Of a DNA stretch of 64,000 nucleotides, positions 20,196 to 28,953 are shown in pieces (positions within the stretch are counted from its first letter, which is position 1; every line of letters starts with the position of its first letter). Source of the DNA: a virus. Its lineage: Duplodnaviria > Caudoviricetes. Position numbers and translations under genes: made by a program. The stretch lies in IMG/VR virus record IMGVR_UViG_2852055501_000011, positions 1 to 64,000 of that record; one strand, 5' to 3'. The notes beneath the pieces are model-generated. The model was not told the origin of the DNA, did no database searches, and worked only from the letters and a program-made list of their open reading frames with translations.

Positions 20196-21926
20196 TCAGA
20201 GTGAGCGCAAGCCCCTGGAAGATAAAACATCGGACAGACTTTGTTCCTGCTCCCCGCCGTTCACCATCTGGCGTGATTTGGCAGTAAACAGGGCAAGCGG
20301 CCCGTCAATTTTGTTTTCCGGTGTCGATTTATTCGGAAAAATGTTGTCGTTTTTGTCCGGTTTTACGGTCACGTTCGACATCATCCAGGACATCACCGGG
20401 TTATGATCGTGGTGAAATTTCCCGGAATACACATCGGCCTGAACAATTTTCATCGCTTCAGACAGGTTTTTCACCGTCTGCGCAACTTCCACCAACGGGA
20501 TACCCTCTTCCGCCAGGCGGCGGGAGAACTGGACTGCGCTCCACGGATCAAAACCGAGCTCACGCAAGTCCTCACCCTCACACCATGCCAGAATGTCGGC
20601 TTTGATAATGTCATGGTCAACAACCTCACCGTCAGTCAGCTCAAGATAACCGGCAGCCCCCCACTTACGGTACAGTTCGGCAATATGCTTAGGTGCGGTG
20701 TCTATCCGGCCTTCCGGCAGCCAGAATTTGCACTTGATATGAGTCTGTCCGTGATTGTCTTCGTATACCTTAATCGCTGCGGTTACATCGATTTTATTCG
20801 ACAGGTCAACACCGACCCAGACCGGATAGTTCTTCAGTTCATCATCCGGCGCATTCTCCGGGCAGCAGTCCCATTTTCCTGAGTCCATCCAGATCGACTC
20901 CGCGTTAACCCACATATTGAGGTGTTTGGTCAGAAAGTTAGGCCGGGCGGCAATCTGCTCTTTGGCTTTTTTTGCCAGGCGACGCATATCATCAAAGCGT
21001 TTACAGACACCCAGCCCCGGATTAGCTTTTATCCAGATGCTTTCATCAAACGGATCATCATCTTCATCCGGCGTGTAAATTGCCGCGAAAAAGGTGTCAT
21101 CCTCCACCACGCCCCGCAGCACCTTGATGGCGTAATCCCGCAGTTCGTAGCAGATGCCCTCGCGGTTAAATCCCGCTGTGGTGATCGCAAACAGCAGGGA
21201 TTGCAGACGGGCACCGGTCGCGGTTTCCAGCACATCCCACACATCACGGGTTTTGTGGGCGTGAAGTTCGTCCACAATACCGCAGTGAATATTCAGGCCG
21301 TCGAGGTTATTTGCGTCGCTGGACAACGGCTCAAACTTGGATGCGGACCGCTCCTGGTAAATCGCCAGCTTATTAAACTCAAACAGGCGGCCGAGTGAGC
21401 TTTTGGCCTTTTTGATCATGTTTTTCGCATCTTCAAACACGATACGGGCCTGGTCACGGGTTGTGGCCGCCGAGTAAACCTCGGCACCACCTTCACCGTC
21501 AGCACCGGTCATGTACAGACCGATGCCTGATGAAAGTGTGGATTTTGCGTTTTTACGCGCCACTTCGTTATAGGCTGTCCGGAAACGGCGAACCAGTACC
21601 GGATCGCCGTCATCGTCGTACTGAGCCTCACCGCTGAGCTCATCAACCAGCGGGATCACGAAACCAAAGATATTAATCAGAATAAAGGTATGCCACGGCA
21701 TCAGCTCAATCGGCTTACCTGCCAGCGCCCCTTTGACGTGCGGAACGAACCGGTAAAAATCCAGAATATGCCGGGCGCGTTCCTCCATGAAATAAATACC
21801 GCGCTCAGGGCCGTATTCCAGATCATCAAGAAACCGCTGACACGCCAGGCGTATCAGTTCGCCCGTAACTATTTCTCCGGCAACCACCTGCTCGGCGTAC
21901 CGGATCCCGTCTGCTACGGTTGCCAT
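20196..21926 (-). CDS. Terminase large subunit
   Basis: Walker A VARKNAKST, Walker B IVDELHAH and C-terminal KIDG. Confidence 0.96.
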   Translation of the reverse strand: MATVADGIRYAEQVVAGEIVTGELIRLACQRFLDDLEYGPERGIYFMEERARHILDFYRFVPHVKGALAGKPIELMPWHTFILINIFGFVIPLVDELSGEAQYDDDGDPVLVRRFRTAYNEVARKNAKSTLSSGIGLYMTGADGEGGAEVYSAATTRDQARIVFEDAKNMIKKAKSSLGRLFEFNKLAIYQERSASKFEPLSSDANNLDGLNIHCGIVDELHAHKTRDVWDVLETATGARLQSLLFAITTAGFNREGICYELRDYAIKVLRGVVEDDTFFAAIYTPDEDDDPFDESIWIKANPGLGVCKRFDDMRRLAKKAKEQIAARPNFLTKHLNMWVNAESIWMDSGKWDCCPENAPDDELKNYPVWVGVDLSNKIDVTAAIKVYEDNHGQTHIKCKFWLPEGRIDTAPKHIAELYRKWGAAGYLELTDGEVVDHDIIKADILAWCEGEDLRELGFDPWSAVQFSRRLAEEGIPLVEVAQTVKNLSEAMKIVQADVYSGKFHHDHNPVMSWMMSNVTVKPDKNDNIFPNKSTPENKIDGPLALFTAKSRQMVNGGEQEQSLSDVLSSRGLRSL

Positions 21927-21929
21927 TCA

Positions 21930-22400
21930 TCATTTTCTTTGTTTCAGAAATGCCTCGAAAGGGTCTTCTTCGGCTGGTGTGTTAATCGTTACCTTCTGGC
22001 GGGCTGCCGGGGTCATACCGAACTCGGAGAGCATCGCGCGGATCCGTTTCCATGCATCAGCTTTCATTGCCGCCACGGGGTGCGCTTTTATCAGTGGACC
22101 GCCATCACTCTGTGTTGTGTAGGTGTAACCTTCTTCGTCCAGCGTATCGCAGTGTTGCCGGTATTCGGTGTATGCCTCGATCAGCAGCTCCAGCGCTTTG
22201 GCATCCATCGAACTCATCACGCCCATCACATTGAGTTCTTCACCTATCCGCTTAAACCAGTATTTCCCCTGCCTGGTAAAATGTTTCGGTGTTGGGGGTA
22301 CCCCTGACGGCGGTTTTGGTTCTTTTTTATTGATCGGGCGTTTTGATGGGTTACCCCTGACCAAACGCAAGTGTGACGGGGTTTTCGGTGGTCCCGGCAT
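21930..22400 (-). CDS. Terminase small subunit, P27 family
   Basis: GNPSKRPIN, KAHP and SEFGMTPAAR motifs. Confidence 0.93.
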   Translation of the reverse strand: MPGPPKTPSHLRLVRGNPSKRPINKKEPKPPSGVPPTPKHFTRQGKYWFKRIGEELNVMGVMSSMDAKALELLIEAYTEYRQHCDTLDEEGYTYTTQSDGGPLIKAHPVAAMKADAWKRIRAMLSEFGMTPAARQKVTINTPAEEDPFEAFLKQRK

Positions 22401-22469
22401 AATCGTTTTCTCCTGTTAATACCCCTCCGGAGAACCCGGAAAAAAGTTTTCTAACCTGCGGCGATGTGA

Positions 22470-22540
22470 AAAAAGGCAAGGCGGCGGTCCTCTGGCCGTG
22501 GGGCGGCAGGGATTTGACCTCCCCCTCCCCCATACATAAT
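22470..22540. other. Probable cos packaging region
   Basis: Between HNH and terS as in HK97-like cos phages; G-tract and GC-rich ACCGCCGCCT element; exact cut site not determinable. Confidence 0.5.
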
Positions 22541-22546
22541 GAGCAG

Positions 22547-22903
22547 TCAGCCGCGATTGCGTTCTGTTGCCGTCTTGCTGTAGTGACAGGGCCAGCACAG
22601 GCTTTGCAGATTGCTTTCCGCATCGGTTCCCCCATGTGCTTTGGGTATGATGTGATCGACTGTCTTCGCCTCGGTTGCCCGTCCTTCGCGCAGGCACTGC
22701 TGACACAGATGTTTATCCCTGTTCAGCACCCCAGCACGCAGACGGTCCCACTTCGTTCCGTATCCGCGTTCGTGTCGGCTCTTGCCCTGCTGGTGGTTCT
22801 CCCACCCAGTATTACGGTGCTCTTCGCAGTATCCGCTGCGGTCTGTGGTTGTCTTTGCGCAGCCACGTTTACGGCAGGCGCGGGGTATGCGTGGTGGCAT
22901 CAT
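22547..22903 (-). CDS. HNH endonuclease, terminase-associated (HK97 gp74-like)
   Basis: CQQC..VDHIIP..GGT..NLQSLCWPCH. Confidence 0.92.
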   Translation of the reverse strand: MMPPRIPRACRKRGCAKTTTDRSGYCEEHRNTGWENHQQGKSRHERGYGTKWDRLRAGVLNRDKHLCQQCLREGRATEAKTVDHIIPKAHGGTDAESNLQSLCWPCHYSKTATERNRG

Positions 22904-23119
22904 ATCCTCCGATTATAAAGCCGACTCATTATGAACAGGCTTTATGATTGGTTCATGCCGTCTCTCCGGCTGTCACGCCCTGCTGCTCCGGCAGCTGACG
23001 TTGCTGCCCGTATCGGTAACCACACCGTGGATTCGTTGTTTTTGATTCTCCCCGTGCGCTCACTGCATGAGATAAACAGGTCATAGTTAACACAAGGAGA
23101 CTGCGACAACGCAGCGCAT

Positions 23120-23146
23120 AAAAAAGCCCCGCTGTTTAGCGAGGCC
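23120..23146 (-). terminator. Terminator after the lysis genes
   Basis: Minus strand GCCTCGC-TAAACA-GCGGGGC-TTTTTT. Confidence 0.7.
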
Positions 23147-23247
23147 TTGTTTATCTTTTGTTTAGCTCAAAGAGTGTAATTTAATCACATATCCAAGAGT
23201 ACCTGCCTGAGCGTAGTATTTAAGCCCGTACCCCCATCGGTTTCGGG

Positions 23248-23544
23248 CTATTTTTTTATCCTCTCCGCTTCAATCTCCCGTATTGCCCGCTTATCGTGAT
23301 TACAGCCCGCTATCGACTTCATTGCATCGGCCAACAACAGGATTGCGCCGCCGTATGTCAGTTCATCCGGAATAACCGGCAGCGGACAATCAGCCGTCAG
23401 TTGTGGCGGGATCGGCACCACCGGCGCGGGCACGAATGTCTCTTTCGTATTGCTGCAACTTCCCAACAATGCCAGGGGAAACAGGAGTAACAGCGCACTC
23501 ACTGTCTTTAAACTCCGTTCTGATAACGGTTTTAACTTTGACAT
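23248..23544 (-). CDS. o-spanin (Rz1-like lipoprotein)
   Basis: Signal LLLLFPLALLGSC lipobox, Pro-rich body and CNHDK; overlaps Rz in another frame; start uncertain. Confidence 0.85.
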   Translation of the reverse strand: MSKLKPLSERSLKTVSALLLLFPLALLGSCSNTKETFVPAPVVPIPPQLTADCPLPVIPDELTYGGAILLLADAMKSIAGCNHDKRAIREIEAERIKK

Positions 23545-23767
23545 TCTCCGTGCCCTCCGTTTCTTTGGCTTTGATGTTGTCGAGTGCGGCGCGGTGTCTG
23601 ATGGCAACGGCTGAAAGCGTAATGGTGTTTATCGTCCGCTGTGCTGACAGTTGTCCGGACAACGTTGTGTTATTCACCTTCAGCTGCTGGTTATCCCGGT
23701 AGGTGTCATATACCCACCAGGCGGCAACAATAAACAGCGCGGCAATTACCGTTTCTTTCCAGTTCAT
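23390..23767 (-). CDS. i-spanin (Rz-like)
   Basis: N-terminal TM segment followed by periplasmic helices; position after the endolysin. Confidence 0.82.
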   Translation of the reverse strand: MNWKETVIAALFIVAAWWVYDTYRDNQQLKVNNTTLSGQLSAQRTINTITLSAVAIRHRAALDNIKAKETEGTENVKVKTVIRTEFKDSECAVTPVSPGIVGKLQQYERDIRARAGGADPATTDG

Positions 23768-23922
23768 GGCGCTTCACACTCATAACAGATCACACCGTCC
23801 AGCGGGTTACCCGGCAGCGGCTTACAGTGATTCGGGAGTGAATACAGATAACAACCCGCCAACAGAGCAGTAGTCAGCAGGATGATAGCAATGATGATCA
23901 GTGTTAAAGGGTTCCGTGGCAT
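23764..23922 (-). CDS. Putative 52 aa lipoprotein in the lysis cassette (not in ORF track)
   Basis: [52 protein letters not shown]; LAGC lipobox; ATGA overlap with the Rz start. Confidence 0.6.
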   Translation of the reverse strand: MPRNPLTLIIIAIILLTTALLAGCYLYSLPNHCKPLPGNPLDGVICYECEAP

Positions 23923-24380
23923 ACCGCTTTCTCCGTTTCGCGCCGGTTAATCAGACCCTGCCACTGCTTACCACCGGCAAATGTCCAGCGTTTCATTTCG
24001 TCACAGGCACCCGCGATATCACCGGCATTGAGTTTGCGCAGCATTGTCGAACGCGAGAACGCACCGGTTCCGGTGTTATATGCAAATGAATAGATGGCCG
24101 CCCGGCTATTGTCATCAATCGGCACTTTGATCATCGGGTCAACCGCGCGCCGGACTTTCGTCAGGTCGTCATGCAGCAGCGCCTTACATTCAGCGTCCGT
24201 GTACAACTTGCCGGGCTGAATATCACTGCCGGTATGGCCATAACATACGGTAAGCACTCCGGCCACATCACGGTAAGGTTTGTACTCAACACCCTCATAC
24301 GCGGGGATCAGCACCAGCGCTCCGGCAATCGCCCCGGCGGCACAAGCGGCCATGACTTTTTTAAATAATCGGTTATTCAT
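23904..24380 (-). CDS. SAR endolysin (phage 21 R type, GH24 lysozyme)
   Basis: Ala/Gly-rich N-terminal SAR helix; catalytic E-x8-D-x5-T ([16 protein letters not shown]); GLINRR. Confidence 0.93.
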   Translation of the reverse strand: MNNRLFKKVMAACAAGAIAGALVLIPAYEGVEYKPYRDVAGVLTVCYGHTGSDIQPGKLYTDAECKALLHDDLTKVRRAVDPMIKVPIDDNSRAAIYSFAYNTGTGAFSRSTMLRKLNAGDIAGACDEMKRWTFAGGKQWQGLINRRETEKAVCHGTL

Positions 24381-24564
24381 GATGTTCTCCGGCTTTCAGC
24401 TGGAATTCCTTCCGTTTGTAATACCAGTTCACCAGGAACGTCCCGACAGTACAGATGATCCCGGCAACAATAGCCCACTGGTCCAGAGATAAAACGCCAA
24501 AAGCAGAGGTTATAAGTCCCCAGGCGTATGCTGTAGGGCTGGAATATTTGTCAGGCATGCGCAT
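24373..24564 (-). CDS. Class II holin / pinholin with Met-Arg-Met dual start
   Basis: Two TM segments, [12 protein letters not shown] tail; GGGGG SD upstream; ATG CGC ATG. Confidence 0.88.
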   Translation of the reverse strand: MRMPDKYSSPTAYAWGLITSAFGVLSLDQWAIVAGIICTVGTFLVNWYYKRKEFQLKAGEHHE

Positions 24565-24887
24565 ATCCACCCCCTGCGGAGTGTTCCGTATGTTGAGTGA
24601 TAGGGTAATGCCGCAACCGGTTTATATTGTTACAGACGGTTAAAGTGAGGTGGCTGCGGCACTATTCGGAATCCCACCAGCGGCGGGAAAGCAATAAAAA
24701 GAGCACTGTGGCTGAATACGGATTAGGTAATGAGCCTGTCGTATTCCAATGCTCTTATTGTTGCTAATGGTAAAAAGCCGCACACAGCTCTTGTGTTAAG
24801 TGATAACGAGGTGATTGATACTGTGGCGGCGTATATGAAAAAGGCCGCACAGAGCAGCCACCAGAATTAAAAAAATATTATTTAACC

Positions 24888-24915
24888 TTGCCTACCTCAA
24901 GTTACCCGCTATAGT
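24888..24915 (+). promoter_or_regulatory. Sigma70 promoter convergent to the late operon
   Basis: TTGCCT-N16-TATAGT with an upstream AT-rich UP-like tract. Confidence 0.55.
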
Positions 24916-24920
24916 TGTAA

Positions 24921-24994
24921 TTGAGCGTTTTCTTTTACAATAAATAAACAAACCTAAGAAACCTTTTGCCGGTCTATATTGACCGGCTTTTTTT
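24921..24994 (+). ncRNA. Candidate ~73 nt prophage sRNA
   Basis: Promoter, A/U-rich body with no ORF, then terminator GCCGGTC-TATATT-GACCGGC-TTTTTTT. Confidence 0.55.
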
Positions 24995-25093
24995 GCCCGA
25001 AAAATAATGGCTGATTTAGTTCAGCCGGACTGCCCTGTGCTACCAGAGCCTCACAGCAATTATCCAGTTGTTCGGAATAACCGAACATGTGAA

Positions 25094-26149
25094 CTATCCG
25101 GAATTTCCGGAGAGTTGAGTTATTTCTGCCTTAGTCTGCTCAAACCGTTCCGCCTCCATCTCCACACCCAGAATGCGGCGATTGTGCTTCAGTGCGGCTT
25201 TCAGTGTCGCCCCGGATCCCATAAAGAAATCGGCTACCAGGTCACCTTCACGGCTGCTGGCTTTTATGATGTGCTCCATCATTGCGGCTGGTTTTTCACA
25301 GGGGTGCTTTCCGGGGTAATACTGAACCGGCGGGAATGTCCACACATCGGTATAAGGCACATCAACGGATACCGTGAAGTAACGACGTAACAACTGATAC
25401 TGATCTGCCAGTTCGTGATATTCACGCCTGAGTGTGTGTTGTTCACTGACCAGATCATTATGTTCACGGTATAACGGGTTATTTCGCTGACACTCTGCAG
25501 CTGTCCGCTGAAAAAGTGCCTGTAATTTCCGGAAATCCGCTTCATTCGGTAACTGCCACTGACTGTACCCGAACCAGTGTGAAGACATCTGTTTGCCGGT
25601 TGCCTGGTCAATTTCTTTTGCCGTGATACCCAATGCATCACGCGCCTGCCGGAAATACTCAATCAGCGGGGTAAACACATTTTTCTTCAGTTCATCCCGC
25701 CGCTGGTGGTACTCACTGCCTTTTCCTTTTACCGGTCCCTGATAATGCTCTGCAAACAGGATCCGCTCAGTAGACGGGAAAAAACAACGCAGGCTTTCTT
25801 TGTTTTGCCGCCGCCACGGGCCGGAAGGCTTCGCCCATATGATATGGCTGAGAACGCTGAACCTCTCCCGTAACAGCATTTCTGTATCTGAGGCCAGACG
25901 TGAACCACAAAACAGGTACAAGCTGCCGTTTGGTTTCAGTACCCGCCAGAACTCTGCCAACATTTCGTCCAGCCAGGAAAGATAAGCAGAAACGTCCGGC
26001 CACTGGTTATCCCAGGCACATGTTTTTACCTGAAAATACGGCGGGTCCGTGGCGATTAAATCAATGCAATTGTCCGGGAGGGTTTTGATATAGCTGAGTG
26101 AGTCGTCGTTGACTAAATTAATACTGTTTAAATTAACAGTACTTTTCAT
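25094..26149 (-). CDS. Orphan DNA methyltransferase, N6A/N4C beta class
   Basis: DPPY catalytic motif precedes HPCEKP and DFFMGSG (SAM-binding). Confidence 0.93.
   Translation of the reverse strand: MKSTVNLNSINLVNDDSLSYIKTLPDNCIDLIATDPPYFQVKTCAWDNQWPDVSAYLSWLDEMLAEFWRVLKPNGSLYLFCGSRLASDTEMLLRERFSVLSHIIWAKPSGPWRRQNKESLRCFFPSTERILFAEHYQGPVKGKGSEYHQRRDELKKNVFTPLIEYFRQARDALGITAKEIDQATGKQMSSHWFGYSQWQLPNEADFRKLQALFQRTAAECQRNNPLYREHNDLVSEQHTLRREYHELADQYQLLRRYFTVSVDVPYTDVWTFPPVQYYPGKHPCEKPAAMMEHIIKASSREGDLVADFFMGSGATLKAALKHNRRILGVEMEAERFEQTKAEITQLSGNSG
26122..26141. promoter_or_regulatory. LexA (SOS) box within codons 3-10 of the methyltransferase
   Basis: TACTGT-TTAAATTA-ACAGTA versus consensus TACTGT-(AT)4-ACAGTA. 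Confidence 0.65.
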
Positions 26150-26183
26150 AGATCCGGGTAACCTTGTTTGTTAAGCTCCCTTT

Positions 26184-26288
26184 GCTTTGTGCACACAAGC
26201 AGTGGGCCTTGGTTTATCCGTGATCACACAAACGGGTGAATGGCTGGGAAGGTGCTACCAACACCCACCAGCCGCCCATTTCACAGTT
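26184..26288 (+). ncRNA. Candidate cis-antisense RNA to the methyltransferase leader
   Basis: Extended -10 TGtTAAGCT at 26169-26177; closing hairpin GGCTGG..GGTG-CTACCAA-CACC..CCAGCC. Confidence 0.4.
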
Positions 26289-26482
26289 TAAAGTCGTCTG
26301 AACCGTTCACCGTTGCCACAGTCTTTCAAAAGACCGGCAAGGCTGAACTGAGTAAGAAGAAGCTGGCAACGCGGCAGGGAAAGCCCTGACAAGGCAGCCG
26401 CATCGCTGACAGAGAAAACCCCGTCCGGTAACACCTCAAAAAAACAAGCCGCTGCTGTTGTCATATCTTTCTGTTTTAACAT
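26288..26482 (-). CDS. Small winged-HTH protein upstream of the methyltransferase
   Basis: SVSDAAALSGLSLPRCQLLLTQFSLAGLL resembles an HTH; AAGG SD. Confidence 0.65.
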   Translation of the reverse strand: MLKQKDMTTAAACFFEVLPDGVFSVSDAAALSGLSLPRCQLLLTQFSLAGLLKDCGNGERFRRL

Positions 26483-26571
26483 GGTATTTTATACCTTTGG
26501 TCAGTTATTGTGCATAAATACACATGTAACTCTGACCAAACGTAACAGCAAGTCTTATGTTTATTTCAGGC

Positions 26572-26600
26572 AATAAAAAGCCCCATCGAAGTGAGGCTAT
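26572..26600 (-). terminator. tR'-like terminator
   Basis: Minus strand AGCCTCA-CTTCGA-TGGGGCT-TTTT, shortly downstream of pR'. Confidence 0.72.
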
Positions 26601-26653
26601 TAATTCTTTATTTTGGCAGCGCCGAAGTTACACGCGCAGCGCTAATTTATCAC

Positions 26654-26683
26654 ACTTTACCGTACGGACATCCGGACAGTCAA
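26654..26683 (-). promoter_or_regulatory. Late promoter pR' with probable Q-binding element
   Basis: TTGACT-N18-TAAAGT just after Q; spacer contains the direct repeat GTCCG..GTCCG. Confidence 0.72.
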
Positions 26684-26723
26684 GTTATTTACTGATTATT
26701 TGATCAGTAAAATATCCATACAA

Positions 26724-27101
26724 TCAGGCGGCTTTCAATGTCGCATGGATTACACCCGTAATATAGGCTTCCGCCCGTGACAAATATGACGTGATGTAAT
26801 CCGGGCGCTTTTTCCACTGCTTCGCAATCGCACGACATGAAATATGATTCTGGTAGTGCAGGCAGATAATGTTGTACCCGTCGATATCATATTTCTTCAG
26901 ACTGCCAACAGCCTGGTCGATAACCATGCCTTCAATATCATCAAGCCACGGCCGATTTCCGGAAGAGGATGCTGACATGTAAGAGACCCCCTTATACTCC
27001 GTTCCGGTACGTGACGAACTCCAGTTTCCCCAGGCTTCCAGCCAGTCTTTTATATTTCTGCTCATCACCAAACATTCCGAACTCTGCTGAATATCGCTCA
27101 T
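26724..27101 (-). CDS. Late antiterminator Q
   Basis: LEAWGNW, DDIEGMVID..V..L, SCRAIA and LSRAEAYITG motifs; position before pR'. Confidence 0.85.
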   Translation of the reverse strand: MSDIQQSSECLVMSRNIKDWLEAWGNWSSSRTGTEYKGVSYMSASSSGNRPWLDDIEGMVIDQAVGSLKKYDIDGYNIICLHYQNHISCRAIAKQWKKRPDYITSYLSRAEAYITGVIHATLKAA

Positions 27102-27131
27102 TGTTTATCTCTCCGCGCTCCGTACAGCGCA

Positions 27132-28148
27132 TTAACCAAAAACGCCGATCCCGTATGACCGGTTCATAAACTTAAATAACAACTCCATCTGACTGCCGTG
27201 CTTTGCTTCCCATGCTGCCGGGTCGCGGTGTAATTCGTCGTGGTGAATACGGCACAATGGGATGGTAAAAATGTCGTGTGTCTTTGTGCCGGTACCGCCG
27301 GTGCCGTGACCGATGATGTGATGCGGGTCGTCCGCCTGCTGGCCGCACACACAACACGGCTGGCTTTTTACCCACTGCAGGTATTTCAGACACTCCCAGC
27401 GCTTTAACTTCGGGATCCGCATAAAACTTGCTGGCGGCTCCGGCTCTATCTCAGGAACAACGACCGGTTTTATCTGCTCCACGATGTCCTGAACAATCCG
27501 GCTGTGTGAGCGCGGTTGATGGACAATGGAATGCTCTGTCATGGTGCCGGTTATCTCTTCCTCCGGTTTCTGCATCAGGATGTATGAGCTGATAAAGGCC
27601 GGAAGATGATCACTGACGCGGCGCATCACCGACCAGGTGAACAAATCGGAAGGATTAAGAAGATGACCGGCCGGCAGCCGCAGATCGGTAAAGATGCTGC
27701 GTGCCACAAACGCCCGTTGGTTGTGTAACAGAATTTCGTCCGCCTGCTGCTGGTGGACATCACCCGCCCGCAAGATGTTGTCATGGTGCCAGCATGTCCG
27801 GATAAAACCATCTTTGTGGCGGGTCATGGTCAGTTCGTGGTGGTGCCAGGGGTTTTCCGGATCGTTAATCTGGCAGTAGCTAACTGATTTAACGTAGTGA
27901 CGGGATCCGGATAGTCCGCCGGCCGCTTTTATCACGGCGGGATTATCCAGGAAACAAAGCACCCGCTCATCTGTCAGCAGCGGCTGCGCATCTGCCGGAA
28001 CGCGACCGGACGGAATGCCATCCATTGAACGGGGAGCTGCACTCACAACATAACGGGCGCCATTCAGGAAATTGCCGATCTCCGCACCCGGATTAAATAT
28101 CAGGATCCTGGCGTCCTTCTGGACAAAGCCGGTTAACAGGTAATTCAT
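27132..28148 (-). CDS. DUF968-family protein with C-terminal Zn/HNH-like motif
   Basis: YLQWVKSQPCCVCG..DDPHHIIGHG..IPLCRIHHDELH. Confidence 0.85.
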   Translation of the reverse strand: MNYLLTGFVQKDARILIFNPGAEIGNFLNGARYVVSAAPRSMDGIPSGRVPADAQPLLTDERVLCFLDNPAVIKAAGGLSGSRHYVKSVSYCQINDPENPWHHHELTMTRHKDGFIRTCWHHDNILRAGDVHQQQADEILLHNQRAFVARSIFTDLRLPAGHLLNPSDLFTWSVMRRVSDHLPAFISSYILMQKPEEEITGTMTEHSIVHQPRSHSRIVQDIVEQIKPVVVPEIEPEPPASFMRIPKLKRWECLKYLQWVKSQPCCVCGQQADDPHHIIGHGTGGTGTKTHDIFTIPLCRIHHDELHRDPAAWEAKHGSQMELLFKFMNRSYGIGVFG

Positions 28149-28936
28149 CAGGCCACCGCCGGAGTCATCATCAGTGCCAGAAGTTCCGCTGATTTGCTCT
28201 CAAAGAAATGCGGCTGCGTTTCCCGCGGATTTGCCGGGGATGTCATGTTTTTACCGTATGCCAGTCCACGCGTCGTTATCGACCAGAACAGGCGCTGTGT
28301 ACCTCTGGATCCAGGCCGAGCTTTCTGCTCCACAATCCCCAGCTCAGCAAGACGTTTGTATGCTCTGGTCGCAGACAATGCGGCATTGTGATTTTTCAGC
28401 AACGTAGTCAGGGACGTTGTCGGTCTGCTGGAACCATCCACCGCGCCAGCCGGTGCATCAATCGCATAGGACGGAGCCAGATCAGGAAGATCAGCCATCT
28501 TTTGCAGCTTCTGATACCCAGCCAGCCTTGAGGAATTCGACAGGTTCAATGTTTTCGCCATAGACTCCAGCAGGATAGCTCCGGCCTGAACTTTATCAGC
28601 CAGCTGTATCGCCTGCTGTGTTCCGGCCACCACATCGAACGTGCGGATCACTTTCAGATTGAATGAAGGACTGATCCACATCGCATAGGCATAAACCAAT
28701 TCTTTGCACACGTAGGTGCCCTGTTCGGTGCCACCACGCAGCACATTTACCGGCTGTGTACCCGAGTCGCAGATTTGCAACTCGGCAATAAGTTGCTCTG
28801 TCTGTGCATTTCTCAGCCAGTAAGGTGGTTTATGCCTTTCCTCTCCACCAGCGGCCCGGTGCAAATCATTCAGGCAATAGCGACCGGCCATATCCCGGCG
28901 CACATTAATACCATCGACAATAATCAGATTGCTCAT
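28148..28936 (-). CDS. KilA-N domain DNA-binding protein
   Basis: GRYCLNDLHRAAGG..GTYVCKELVYAYAMWISPSF; C-terminal NPRETQPHF. Confidence 0.9.
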   Translation of the reverse strand: MSNLIIVDGINVRRDMAGRYCLNDLHRAAGGEERHKPPYWLRNAQTEQLIAELQICDSGTQPVNVLRGGTEQGTYVCKELVYAYAMWISPSFNLKVIRTFDVVAGTQQAIQLADKVQAGAILLESMAKTLNLSNSSRLAGYQKLQKMADLPDLAPSYAIDAPAGAVDGSSRPTTSLTTLLKNHNAALSATRAYKRLAELGIVEQKARPGSRGTQRLFWSITTRGLAYGKNMTSPANPRETQPHFFESKSAELLALMMTPAVA

Positions 28937-28953
28937 CGTTATCTCTCCACTCA

